Assembly: GCA_021372475.1 (NCBI GenBank)
Contig: JAJFUJ010000139.1
Coordinates: 9,535-73,534 of the forward strand
Direction of reading: 5' to 3'
Source of the DNA: Chloroflexota bacterium
Lineage (GTDB): Bacteria; Chloroflexota; Anaerolineae; UBA1429
Length of the DNA stretch: 64,000 nucleotides
The position numbers and the translations under genes are program-made. The notes under the pieces were generated by a model. It was given only the letters and a program-made list of their open reading frames with translations. It did no database searches and was not told the DNA's origin. Of the stretch, positions 40,532-50,095 are shown one piece after another; positions within the stretch are counted from its first letter, which is position 1, and every line of letters starts with the position of its first letter.

Positions 40532-41071
40532 GTGGCCGGAGAACTTGCTCTTTATATCAGCGCAGCTCATGAGCAGGATGCCGAGTGCGAGCAAATCGGG
40601 CGGCTGTTGGCGGAGAGACTCGTCACAATTCGCTGGCGCATCTGGCGCACGCCGTTGTATGGGAACATGAACCCGGACCAAGATAGCATTGCGGCCAGTC
40701 CGTTTTACGTCATCCTGCTGGGCACAGACCTGGTCGCGCCGATGGGCGTCGAGTGGCAGATTGCCGCGCATTCAGGGGTGTTCATCATTGCGTTTCGCGA
40801 TGAAACTTGCTCGCCTTCACCTGCGGCTGACTATTTTGCACGCAATACGGAAATTGCCTGGCAACCTTATAAAAAATCTGATGAGTTTATCCTGGCATTT
40901 GAACACATCCTCCTGACTCAGCTCATCAATGGGACGCCGGGCTACGGTCTTGCTCTGGATGATATTGAACTAATCTCCGCCCGGCTGCAGACACTCGAAT
41001 CTCTGGCGCCGGCCCCTCAGGGCACGCGTCAAGAGGCCGGTCAAGGTGGAGTCATCCTTACTGCGGGTTAG
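40532..41071 (+). CDS. Hypothetical protein (possible TIR-like/DUF4062-like fold)
   Basis: GTG start 4 nt after the dehydrogenase stop. Pattern [10 protein letters not shown]...[19 protein letters not shown] weakly resembles the TIR βA/βC/αC segments. Confidence 0.4.
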   Translation: MAGELALYISAAHEQDAECEQIGRLLAERLVTIRWRIWRTPLYGNMNPDQDSIAASPFYVILLGTDLVAPMGVEWQIAAHSGVFIIAFRDETCSPSPAADYFARNTEIAWQPYKKSDEFILAFEHILLTQLINGTPGYGLALDDIELISARLQTLESLAPAPQGTRQEAGQGGVILTAG

Positions 41072-42125
41072 AGCACTCCGCTGTCTGGTCAAAGCGTACT
41101 TCGGATAGTTGGCGTAGCCTATCGGCCGCAGTTTCAGGCGTAAGGTCACGCTGAGCATTTGCCAGCATCTCGTATCCAACCATAAACTTACGCACCTCTG
41201 CCGAGCGTAATAGTGGCGGATAAAAGTGCATGTGCCAGTGCCACTCGCTGTGGGGCGCCCCGTCAGTCGGCTGCTGATGTATTCCCATCGTATAGGGGAA
41301 GGAGATACTAAAGAGATTATCATAACGAGTCGTCATGCGTTTGATTATGTTTGCCAATGCCTGGCTTTCGGCACCGTCCAATTGGTCAATCGATGCCAGG
41401 TGGCGCCGGCTGAGCACCATTATCTCATACGGCCATGCAGCCCAAAAGGGCACCAGCGCAACAAAGTGGTCGTTCACGCAGACGATTCTTTCCCCCTTGC
41501 GTTCCTCCAATGCTAGGTAATCGCACAATAGGCAAGAGCCCTTGTGTTCATGATATTGTAATAAAGCCTTACGTTCCTGAGCAGGGATATGCGGTACTGT
41601 GGCGTTGGCCCAGATTTGACCGTGAGGGTGCGGATTGCTGCAGCCCATCATCGCCCCCTTGTTTTCAAATATTTGGACATAGTTAATATCCGGCCGCTGG
41701 CCAATTTCAACGTACTGCTGCTGCCAGACCTCAACCACCTGTAGGATCGCAGATTCACTCATCTGCGGTAGGGTCAGATTGTGGCTTGGAGAAAAGCAAA
41801 CAACACGACACAATCCTGATTCGCTTTTGGCAATCAACAGGTCATCTTCCCGCACTTCACCATGCGGGGTATCTGGTAGTAATGCCATAAAGTCGTTGTC
41901 AAAGACAAAGGTTGCCTGATATTGCGGATTGACAGCTCCTCCCGCGCGGCGATTGCCTGGGCAGAGATAACAATCCGCGTCATATTCTGGGCGTGATTCT
42001 ATATTCGGTTTCTCACGCTGCCCCTGCCATGGACGCCTGGCGCGGTGCGGCGAGACTAGAATCCATTCATCAGTTAGAGGGTTATATCGCCTGTGAGGAT
42101 GTCCAATAAGGCTAAATAGGGCCAC
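41058..42125 (-). CDS. galT: Galactose-1-phosphate uridylyltransferase (class I GalT, HIT superfamily)
   Basis: Zn-binding Cys/His (CYLCPGN) and active-site motif [12 protein letters not shown]. Confidence 0.85.
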   Translation of the reverse strand: MALFSLIGHPHRRYNPLTDEWILVSPHRARRPWQGQREKPNIESRPEYDADCYLCPGNRRAGGAVNPQYQATFVFDNDFMALLPDTPHGEVREDDLLIAKSESGLCRVVCFSPSHNLTLPQMSESAILQVVEVWQQQYVEIGQRPDINYVQIFENKGAMMGCSNPHPHGQIWANATVPHIPAQERKALLQYHEHKGSCLLCDYLALEERKGERIVCVNDHFVALVPFWAAWPYEIMVLSRRHLASIDQLDGAESQALANIIKRMTTRYDNLFSISFPYTMGIHQQPTDGAPHSEWHWHMHFYPPLLRSAEVRKFMVGYEMLANAQRDLTPETAADRLRQLSEVRFDQTAECSNPQ

Positions 42126-42269
42126 TCGGCTCCTTTCAACATGATGCTATTTATTAATGAATGAAGCATAAAGCTGGAGTCATGCTTGTCAAACGTGCTA
42201 ATTGACCGGCAGCCAGCTAAGCGCTAATATCACCCATCAATATATCTTTTACACTCAACGGAGTATGGA

Positions 42270-42884
42270 ATGTTGTGCCCGGAATGCAAAATTCATGTGG
42301 ATGGGGGGGCCCATTGTCCACATTGTGGAGAGCCTGTACCTGAGCGAGAGACCTTCGGCGGTCAGGGAGGGCACTATTTTATGGTGCTTGTCTTGCTCAG
42401 TGTATCTGTATTTGCAATATTTTTCATTTTATCAACGCTAAGCACGGGTTTTAGCGCATCAATTAACAGGATATTTATCAGTCGTTGGAACTGGTTGTAT
42501 ATCTCGTTGTTCCTTCTTCCAATAGGGATTGGTTTATACACTTGGAATACGTTGCGCAGCGAGGAAATCACAGTTACAGATGCTTTTATCTCGAAGCAAT
42601 CTCGCTGGGGTAATCAGCAGTTCATGTGGGCGCAAGTCGAATCCTTTCACCGCATTTCCCTTTTACCTAAAAGGCGTTGGATTAATCGAGTCCTCTCACT
42701 CAGGCGCACGATATCGCGTGAACGCCTGGTCTGGCATTTACCTCCGCAGGCTTATGAGCTTGTTGGATACCAGGATGAGAATAGTGAGCCGTCTGTTATT
42801 CGCCTGGAACCCGGCACCATCGACGAATTACCCTGGCTGCTGGAGCTTATTCAAGAGCATGTCGGTCCACCGAAAGATGAGTGA
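42270..42884 (+). CDS. Zinc-ribbon membrane protein, function unknown
   Basis: N-terminal CPECK...CPHCG zinc ribbon, two TM helices, and a C-terminal soluble domain. Confidence 0.5.
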   Translation: MLCPECKIHVDGGAHCPHCGEPVPERETFGGQGGHYFMVLVLLSVSVFAIFFILSTLSTGFSASINRIFISRWNWLYISLFLLPIGIGLYTWNTLRSEEITVTDAFISKQSRWGNQQFMWAQVESFHRISLLPKRRWINRVLSLRRTISRERLVWHLPPQAYELVGYQDENSEPSVIRLEPGTIDELPWLLELIQEHVGPPKDE

Positions 42885-43012
42885 GTTCGTTATGGCTGGT
42901 TTCTATATCCTGCTCATTTATTGAGCCATTCCGGTACCTTTAATGGCGCAATACTTTTGCCTTCTCTTGTGCAGCCGCCTTCGCATTTTCCAGGATTATG
43001 CAGCATGTGTTG

Positions 43013-44515
43013 TTACAGTATGACAGGGTAATACTGTCCTTCGAGCCAATAACCGCCTGAGATGCAGCGATAGTTAGCGGGAGTATCTGCGGGAAGTGGA
43101 ATCGGCAACGTTATAGATTTGCCAGGAGCAAGTGACAGGATAGGCCCCGCGACGACAGAACTCAAGGTATCGTTATTCTGATTTTGCAACAGGACTTCGA
43201 ACCAGTCTGCATTAGCCGTGCTGGAACCGATATTGCGCAGGGTGATGTATATCATTTTGTTCTGGCGGATACCAATATTCTCCACGACGAGCTGCGCCCC
43301 CTCGACAGTAAATGAGTGTTCAATCGTCCCAAGGCTTACCTCGCCCACGTCTGTTACGCCATCTAGATGCTCAAGTTTCCATTCGCCCACCTGGGTCACA
43401 GCAGATGTTTCTAGATACAAGCATGTGAGTTGATGGGCTGCCAAAAGAACAGGGTCTGTCGCAGCATACCATTCCGCTCCGTCTGGCTGCGTGCCGACCA
43501 GCCGGAGCTGCTGGTAGGCTAAGTCGGTGTCCGAGTTATTAATTAGCCATAATTCTAGTGACGCGTGCGCACCCATTTCTGAAACAGCAGCGCTGGATAC
43601 CCCGACTATTGCGACTGGCGAAGGGGCAACCTGCCAACTCAGCGCTGCCGGCAGCTTAGATACGCTCTGTTCGCTGACCAGTGAAAACTGCTGGATAGTC
43701 CACGCGCCTGCCTTATCAGGCAAGTAATCCAGATTCACCGTACAAGTGTCGTCGGCCGCAATCAACCAATCCCCGCTGTAATTCACCTGACGCAGCTTGC
43801 CGTCCGGATCTACTAGAAATACCTGAATCAGCTTCAGTTGAAGCGGACTGGCCTCGTTATTACGCAACGGTAACGTCAGGGCTATGGAACGAGCAAATTT
43901 CACGTTGATCATTGAGATGGCAGGTGTGGCTGCCCAGGTAACCTTGGAAAAAGGTTTTTCGTTCGTGACAACCGTCCCTTCGGCAAGGTTTTCCAGGGGG
44001 ATTCCAAAAAATGAGATCAAGTCACTCGCTTGTGCCGCCGACCAGCTTCCGTCGCGCCGCACATAAAGCTCCAAGTGTAAATGCGGCTCGTGTGCACCGG
44101 ATGTGCCTGAATAACCCAGGAACTCGCCTTGAGTAACCTGCCTGGTCTCGGTAATTGCATCACGCAAATGCGCCATACGGATTTTCCAATCGCCGCAGGT
44201 CAAGTCGATGTAGTTGCCTAAACCGTATAAAGACGGGCGCGTATCAACCAGGTATATTGCTTCGCCATCTGCCGGAGCGTATAGCGGGGTGCCTTCAGGT
44301 AATGCAAAATCGACCGCAAACCCAAGGTTCGCATTGGATGCCCAATGGTCGTCCGGTCCCCAGGTAATCGAATATTGGTCGCCAGTGGCCCACGGTAAGA
44401 TAAACCTCTCAGCTTGCTCAGCCAAAGGGTCGTCAGCGCGGACAACATGTGGCAAGGTCAGGGCAACAGTCAACACTATCAACAGCCATCGGGAGGCAGC
44501 CCAATGTAGTTTCAC
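43013..44515 (-). CDS. Secreted M23-family (LytM-type) metallopeptidase with a C-terminal beta-rich domain
   Basis: Signal peptide. M23 motifs (H.G.D; GYSGTSGAHEPHLHLELY). Confidence 0.75.
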   Translation of the reverse strand: MKLHWAASRWLLIVLTVALTLPHVVRADDPLAEQAERFILPWATGDQYSITWGPDDHWASNANLGFAVDFALPEGTPLYAPADGEAIYLVDTRPSLYGLGNYIDLTCGDWKIRMAHLRDAITETRQVTQGEFLGYSGTSGAHEPHLHLELYVRRDGSWSAAQASDLISFFGIPLENLAEGTVVTNEKPFSKVTWAATPAISMINVKFARSIALTLPLRNNEASPLQLKLIQVFLVDPDGKLRQVNYSGDWLIAADDTCTVNLDYLPDKAGAWTIQQFSLVSEQSVSKLPAALSWQVAPSPVAIVGVSSAAVSEMGAHASLELWLINNSDTDLAYQQLRLVGTQPDGAEWYAATDPVLLAAHQLTCLYLETSAVTQVGEWKLEHLDGVTDVGEVSLGTIEHSFTVEGAQLVVENIGIRQNKMIYITLRNIGSSTANADWFEVLLQNQNNDTLSSVVAGPILSLAPGKSITLPIPLPADTPANYRCISGGYWLEGQYYPVIL

Positions 44516-44524
44516 GGCTAACCT

Positions 44525-46285
44525 CTAGCGACAAATTAACACAGGGAACCATGCTTCGCGCAGGACGAGATCCACTGTACTGCCGAGAAATGCTTTCAAC
44601 AAGGGCTTGTATCCATATCCGCCCATAATGAGTATGCTGGCGTTTTCCTCGCGCATGATACTTAGGATAACTTCATGCGGCTGGCCGGACTCGAACCGTG
44701 ATTCAATTGTCGTTTTGGCCGAATGTCCTACATATTGCCATGCAGCATCCAGCATCTCACGGGAGGTGCGCTGGCCGGCTACGGTTAAAATGACGCCCTC
44801 CAGCCGCCAGCGCGAGATGAGTTCGCGCATAACAAAGAGCGCTTCACGCGACTTGGGGCTGCCGTCATAAGCCAGTAATAGCTTTTGAGGGGCTCGGGTC
44901 AAAGTGCCGGGCACAGCCAGGATTGGCCGTGCGGCTTTTTCAGCAACACCATGGAAAATAGTGCCGAGAGGGACATCAGCCCATTGGCCATGCACTTTGC
45001 GCTGGTTAATAACAATCAAATCCGACCAGTGAGCCTTCTCAATGATGCGTTGCTCGATATCGCCAACCTCAAGACTGGTAGTAAATGGAATGCCCATCCC
45101 CTGGCAGCGGAAGGCAAACTCCTGGAGGATCATTTCACCTTGCTTGTGTGCTTCGGGGGTATCGTTCAGCAGCACGTGCAGCCCGTGCAATACGCCGCTC
45201 TCGCGGCGCGCAATCTCTCCGGCCTGGCTGAGTGCCAGCCATCCGGTTTCTGCGCCGCTTACCGCCACCAAGATGTCGCGGAACAGGCTGGTTACAGTCT
45301 CTTGATCCAGTCTCTCTTCCCTCCACGTACCTGCGCGCGGGCCTGCCTCTAATTGGCTGGGAGCCAGCCTATCCAGGAGGTTGACCCAGAACCGTTCCAG
45401 GACCCTTTGCGGTCGGCGGCTAAAACGGGATACAAAGTCGAGCGCAGCCTGTTCGGGCGTGATATTGTGTTGATACCTCTTGGATAGATAGTAAGCATGA
45501 TCGATAACCCACAGGTAAAGATCAGTTTCTGTTTGGCTTGGGAAATCGCGATTAAGGTGCTTCTTACGAATGGCTTTGACGAAGGGCAGATAGGTGTTGT
45601 CATACCAGTCGATAACAGCTTCTCCCCAACTGCTGGGTTGGGCGCGTTTCTGGTCGATAAAGTATCTATGTACATAGATATGATCGAGCAGCCGCGCGTA
45701 GGAATCCGGCCTAGTTGCGCGGATATTGGCACCCGGACGAAGTTCATCCAGTCTGGTTGCCTTGATGAAATCGCTGTAGGGACCGAGCAGGTCCAAGTCC
45801 TCCATGGTTAGCTCGGCAGTGACGGGCACGCGGCTCTCAACCTCGATCACTTCCGCATCGATATATGTCTGCCCCTGGTGTCTGGCAACCGACACGCGGT
45901 GATGCCCGTCCACAACAAAATAGGCCTCGCCCACTTTATAGAGCTTAATTGGCGGGAGGTACACTCCGCGGATATTGGCGCTATCAACGCTCATCCATTT
46001 GGAACTGGAATGCTGTTGGGTGGGGGCGAAAATGCGGTCAAAATCACCGCTGCGGTCAAGGCTGCCGATGATCTGCGCGATGGGCACAGCCTGAATTCCG
46101 CGGTAACGTTGGTGGGTCATCTCAACCACGCGCTGCAAATAGCTAAAGGGAACCAGACCGCTGCTGCGGCCTGTTAACCGTTCGCGGAAGCGCCGCGTGC
46201 GCGCACCTCGCAAAGCCTGGTCATAATGCCTGCGGACTAGCACTTCCATAGGCATCTGTTCGGAGTTGGAATCTGATTTTCTCAT
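44525..46285 (-). CDS. ParB/Srx-like domain protein fused to tandem universal-stress-protein (UspA) domains
   Basis: ParB-like motif KVGEAYFVVDGHHRVSVARHQG. Two C-terminal USP-like α/β modules (…LLAYDGSPKS…; …ILIMGGYG…). The true start is uncertain (about 46250-46285), because the listed 698-aa ORF runs into the MITE at 46328-46555. Confidence 0.55.
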   Translation of the reverse strand: MRKSDSNSEQMPMEVLVRRHYDQALRGARTRRFRERLTGRSSGLVPFSYLQRVVEMTHQRYRGIQAVPIAQIIGSLDRSGDFDRIFAPTQQHSSSKWMSVDSANIRGVYLPPIKLYKVGEAYFVVDGHHRVSVARHQGQTYIDAEVIEVESRVPVTAELTMEDLDLLGPYSDFIKATRLDELRPGANIRATRPDSYARLLDHIYVHRYFIDQKRAQPSSWGEAVIDWYDNTYLPFVKAIRKKHLNRDFPSQTETDLYLWVIDHAYYLSKRYQHNITPEQAALDFVSRFSRRPQRVLERFWVNLLDRLAPSQLEAGPRAGTWREERLDQETVTSLFRDILVAVSGAETGWLALSQAGEIARRESGVLHGLHVLLNDTPEAHKQGEMILQEFAFRCQGMGIPFTTSLEVGDIEQRIIEKAHWSDLIVINQRKVHGQWADVPLGTIFHGVAEKAARPILAVPGTLTRAPQKLLLAYDGSPKSREALFVMRELISRWRLEGVILTVAGQRTSREMLDAAWQYVGHSAKTTIESRFESGQPHEVILSIMREENASILIMGGYGYKPLLKAFLGSTVDLVLREAWFPVLICR

Positions 46286-46327
46286 ACGTAAAGCCAGTAT
46301 AACATAGGCCGTACATTCTACGTAATC

Positions 46328-46555
46328 GAGGGTGTGGAAAAAGTATCCCAATGGAGACCCCCCGAGTATCTGAAATGACAGGGTTGCGAACTCGCATAGC
46401 ATTCCCACGCAAACAGGAATCCATCCGAGTCTTGTTATTATATGATATACCCCACTATATATCAGATTGATACTGGATTCAGGCCTGCGCCGGAATGACG
46501 CTTCCTGTTTCCTAATGGGCAAGTATAAGAACAGACCTCCTTTTTCAATGCCCTC
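46328..46555 (-). mobile_element. Miniature inverted-repeat element, copy 3 (reverse orientation)
   Basis: TIRs GAGGGTGTGGAAAAAG ... CTTTTTCAATGCCCTC. Flanked by GTAATC / GTAACC (a possible 6-bp target-site duplication with 1 mismatch). Confidence 0.8.
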
Positions 46556-46841
46556 GTAACCAACGGTTGACAAACCCAGGGTTCCTATTATTATATAGTT
46601 ATAAGGCGTTGATGAGGACAAGTAACTCTGCTTGCTTATTCAGCGAGCCGCCGTTGATGCAAGGGCGGCTAACCAAGTAGAGCGAATTCCACCTCGGAGC
46701 CGGGCACGATGAGTGCTCCCGGGAGCTTCCGTTACCGAGCATAATACGAGGCCGGCGTGTAAACCCGGCGCACTTAGGTGGCACCACGAAAGCAAACGCT
46801 TCTCGTCCTAACGAGAAGCGTTTTTGCGTTATGAAAGGAGC

Positions 46842-48119
46842 ATGATGATTGAACTGAACTACATCCGCGAGCATCTAGATGAGGTCAGGCAGGCACTGCG
46901 CGACCTGAATACCGACGCACCACTGGATGTTATCATCGAGATGGATGAACGCAGGCGCGCAATTCTATCTGAAGTAGAGGTGCTGCGGGCTGAGCGCAAC
47001 CGCGTGTCCAAGGAAATGCCAACCATCCGCGATAAAGATATCCGCCAGAGCATGGCCGAAGCTATGCGCCAGGTGGGCGATAAAATCAAGGCTCTAGAAA
47101 ATGAGCTGGAACCGGTGCAGCAGCGCCTGGATGATGCGCTGCTGCATGTCCCCAATCTGCCTGATAAGAGTGTCCCACTCGGGCCTGGTGAAAGCCATAA
47201 TATTATTGTGCACCAGGACACGGATCTGCCTGTATTCCCATTCGAACCACTGCCGCACTGGGATATTGGAGAGGCGCTGGGCATTCTGGATTTCGAGCGC
47301 GGGGTCAAAATCTCGGGCACCCGTTTTTACCTACTCAAGGGCGCAGGCGCCCAATTGCAGCGAGCGCTGATATCTTTTATGCTCGATGTACATACTCGAT
47401 ATCAAGGATATACAGAGATTTATCCCCCTTATCTCGTACGCCGTGAATGTTTGTATGGCACCGCCCAGCTCCCGAAATTTGCTGATAACCTGTATATGGA
47501 TACTGAGGATGACTTGTGGCTGATCCCGACTGCCGAGGTGCCGGTGACGAATATGCACCGTGGTGAGATCCTTGATGAAGGGCAACTTCCGCTCAATTAT
47601 TGTGCGTACACCGCATGTTTCCGCCGCGAAAAGATGTCTGCCGGACGCGATACACGCGGCATCAAACGCGGCCATCAATTCGATAAGGTCGAGATGGTCA
47701 AGTTCGTCAAGCCTGAGACCTCCATGGACGAGTTGTTCAGCCTGATCGATAATGCCGAGGATATCTGCCGACGCCTAGGCTTACCGCATCGGCTTGTGCA
47801 GATGTGTACGGGCGACCTTTCGTTCTCGGCGGCGGTCAAGTACGATGTTGAAATCTGGGCGGCTGGCTGCAAAGAGTGGCTGGAGGTCTCGTCGTGCAGC
47901 AATTTTAAGGATTTCCAGGCTCGGCGCGCCAATATCCGCTATCGCCCGACTGACGGCGGTAAACCACAATGGGTGCACACGCTCAACGGCTCGGGTTTGG
48001 GCTTGCCGCGTGTGCTTATTGCCGTCATCGAAAATAACCAACGGCAGGATGGCAGCATCGTTATCCCTGAAGCACTGCGCCCGTATATGGGGGGACAAGA
48101 GGTGATTGAGCACCTGTAG
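46842..48119 (+). CDS. serS: Seryl-tRNA synthetase
   Basis: N-terminal coiled-coil and a class II core (motif 2 FRRE, motif 3 GSGLGLPR). AAAGGAG Shine-Dalgarno before ATG 46842. Confidence 0.93.
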   Translation: MMIELNYIREHLDEVRQALRDLNTDAPLDVIIEMDERRRAILSEVEVLRAERNRVSKEMPTIRDKDIRQSMAEAMRQVGDKIKALENELEPVQQRLDDALLHVPNLPDKSVPLGPGESHNIIVHQDTDLPVFPFEPLPHWDIGEALGILDFERGVKISGTRFYLLKGAGAQLQRALISFMLDVHTRYQGYTEIYPPYLVRRECLYGTAQLPKFADNLYMDTEDDLWLIPTAEVPVTNMHRGEILDEGQLPLNYCAYTACFRREKMSAGRDTRGIKRGHQFDKVEMVKFVKPETSMDELFSLIDNAEDICRRLGLPHRLVQMCTGDLSFSAAVKYDVEIWAAGCKEWLEVSSCSNFKDFQARRANIRYRPTDGGKPQWVHTLNGSGLGLPRVLIAVIENNQRQDGSIVIPEALRPYMGGQEVIEHL

Positions 48120-48195
48120 TGCCCGTGAGATTGACAGTAATGGCCCTCTCTGCTATACTCTGCAAGCTGGACGGAGAGGGCCATCTAGGTGTGAT

Positions 48196-48281
48196 GGAGG
48201 GATGGCAGAGCGGTTTAATGCGGCGGTCTTGAAAACCGTTGATCGCAAGATCCGGGGGTTCGAATCCCTCTCCCTCCGCCT
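48196..48281 (+). tRNA. tRNA-Ser(UGA), long variable arm
   Basis: Acceptor GGAGGGA/TCCCTCC, anticodon loop CTTGAAA, T-loop GGTTCGAATCC. Manual fold. Confidence 0.8.
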
Positions 48282-48302
48282 TGGTTGGTTTGGCGTGCAC
48301 TA

Positions 48303-48396
48303 GGGGAGGTGCCGGAGTGGTCGATCGGGGCCGCCTGCTAAGCGGTTGTAGGGCCTTTAAGCTCTACCCAGGGTTCGAATCCCTGCCTCCCCGCCA
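48303..48396 (+). tRNA. tRNA-Ser(GCU), long variable arm, CCA encoded
   Basis: Acceptor GGGGAGG/CCTCCCC, anticodon loop CTGCTAA, T-loop GGTTCGAATCC, 3' GCCA. Confidence 0.8.
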
Positions 48397-48445
48397 TTGT
48401 TAGGGATTTGATGTTTGCTGTGCATCGTACTATTATTTGATTATT

Positions 48446-48518
48446 GCGCCCGTACCTCAATGGATAGAGGACCGGACTACGAATCCGTCTGTTGGGCGTT
48501 CGACCCGCCCCGGGCGCA
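48446..48518 (+). tRNA. tRNA-Arg(ACG)
   Basis: Acceptor GCGCCCG/CGGGCGC, D-loop TCAATGGATAGAG, anticodon loop CTACGAA, T-loop GCGTTCGACCCGCC. Confidence 0.8.
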
Positions 48519-48636
48519 CAGATATTGCAAAAGCCGATAGTGGTATCAAGATTCCTACTATTATCGGCTTTAGATTAGCAAATGACCGCTTTATGATGCA
48601 ATAGCGAATGCTGTTTCTTTTTAGCAGGTTCTCTGC

Positions 48637-49746
48637 TTATGTTAGTTCGACAGCCCCGAATGGATCAAGTAACTCTATCTTTCTCAAGTAGAGTCCTACC
48701 AGCCACAATTTTATGGGAGTTCGTTCTGCAAGGCGTTGGTAAACATCACATATCAACGCGCTGTTAGGCCGGCATCCGCTAACCCAAAGGCGCATTCCTA
48801 CAATAAAATCACGCACCCATTCCTTACCCCCCGCAATACTCGAGTAGGTATCCTCACATTGCAAAAAGCCCGGGACAATGTCTCCGTTCTCCAGCGGGTG
48901 GCTGGGCAGGGATACGGCCCTTTTCTCCTTGCCTACGCACCAAAGCAGCCGTTCAATAAAACGGAAAGCCTTGGGTGCGCAAAGCCACGAATCATGTATG
49001 AAACTCTGAAACCATGACCAATCCGGACATATCTCAGACAGGCGTCTCTCGATTTGTTGAACCTCTGGGACTTGCAGCTCCGCAAAATATGGATCATAGA
49101 ATCTAGGATTGCCATAGTGCCCCTGCTCGTTTCCGCCGCCGCACTGCGTGTCGCCCAAGAACTGATCGCGACAATAGAGGTTCCTGTGATCGTCATCCCA
49201 AACGAGCGACTTGATCCACCAGCGCTGCCGGTGGACTATCCTGCGAAGTAAAAGCTCCTTGAGCTCTGACCGCTCCCCGAGCACTTCCCATAGAGCTGCA
49301 CATACCTGCTGCCAGTTGATATCCGCATTGCCGCGCATGGAGAGTTCAAGAGCCGCCTGTCGAGGTACAGCCCCTGCGAGCCAGGCGTCCAGACAGAAGA
49401 CATAATCTAGCATGCGTTCTTTCCGCTCTCTACTCGCGGTATAGCAGCCATGCACGAACGTTTGTGGAGTTTGTTTACCAATAGCATCCAGAACATCCAG
49501 ATACGGGGAAGGGAACGCCCAGTGCGGACAGAAAGGAGGGAAATTGATTGATCTTTCCACGATATCCTGTGCCCAGCGAGGTACAGGTTCCAGGCGCTTT
49601 TCCTGCTCGAAGAGGCACCGTAGGGCTTTATCGCATTGCAATTCCGGACAACGATCCCAACCTTGATCGTAAGGTGTATACGCCCAGCATCGGCTGGAAA
49701 TGCTGTCCAGATAAGCCTCTCTGAACCATGGCATCTTTTCAGTCAT
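48637..49746 (-). CDS. Hypothetical Trp/Cys-rich protein (orphan; sole ORF of a tRNA-Arg-flanked islet)
   Basis: 369 aa with about 18 Trp (about 5%) and about 14 Cys. No recognisable motif. Flanked by AT-rich sequence. Confidence 0.5.
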   Translation of the reverse strand: MTEKMPWFREAYLDSISSRCWAYTPYDQGWDRCPELQCDKALRCLFEQEKRLEPVPRWAQDIVERSINFPPFCPHWAFPSPYLDVLDAIGKQTPQTFVHGCYTASRERKERMLDYVFCLDAWLAGAVPRQAALELSMRGNADINWQQVCAALWEVLGERSELKELLLRRIVHRQRWWIKSLVWDDDHRNLYCRDQFLGDTQCGGGNEQGHYGNPRFYDPYFAELQVPEVQQIERRLSEICPDWSWFQSFIHDSWLCAPKAFRFIERLLWCVGKEKRAVSLPSHPLENGDIVPGFLQCEDTYSSIAGGKEWVRDFIVGMRLWVSGCRPNSALICDVYQRLAERTPIKLWLVGLYLRKIELLDPFGAVELT

Positions 49747-49825
49747 TTTGATTCTCCACCGCTCAACCAGTGATTATGCAGAACTAGACCCGCATAAGAT
49801 ATCTTGATTCGTTTCTTAATAATAT

Positions 49826-49870
49826 ACTACGAATCCGCCTATTGGGCGTTCGACCCGCCCCGGGCGCACA
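49826..49870 (+). repeat. Direct repeat of the 3' 45 nt of tRNA-Arg(ACG) (att-like)
   Basis: ACTACGAATCCGcCTaTTGGGCGTTCGACCCGCCCCGGGCGCACA matches tRNA positions 48476-48520 at 43 of 45 nt. Confidence 0.85.
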
Positions 49871-50095
49871 GTAGCCTAAATCCGATTGACGGACACTTGT
49901 TCCGTTAGTCGGATTTTCGTTCTCAATAGACAGATTTACTTTCTCCCTACTAACGGACTCCCTCACAAAGCTTGCCTGAATATTGCCGTAGTTTTGCCTA
50001 AAACGACTTTCAGGAGACCGCTACTTGGCAGCCGCGCTAGTTGGAGTAAAATCATACATACTAATCCAGCATTCATTTTCCACCGAAGGCGTATA

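Noticed and set aside
46286-46621. N-terminal 110 codons of the listed 698-aa ORF
   Set aside because: The extension is encoded by MITE copy 3. The same peptide (…RRRPESSI.LIYS…ACAGM.CEF…) appears from copy 1 in another frame context, so the true start is downstream.
48446-49870. Complete prophage or integrative element at tRNA-Arg
   Set aside because: Only 1.35 kb lies between the att-like repeats, and there is no integrase, excisionase or structural genes. I report it as a decayed or minimal islet instead.
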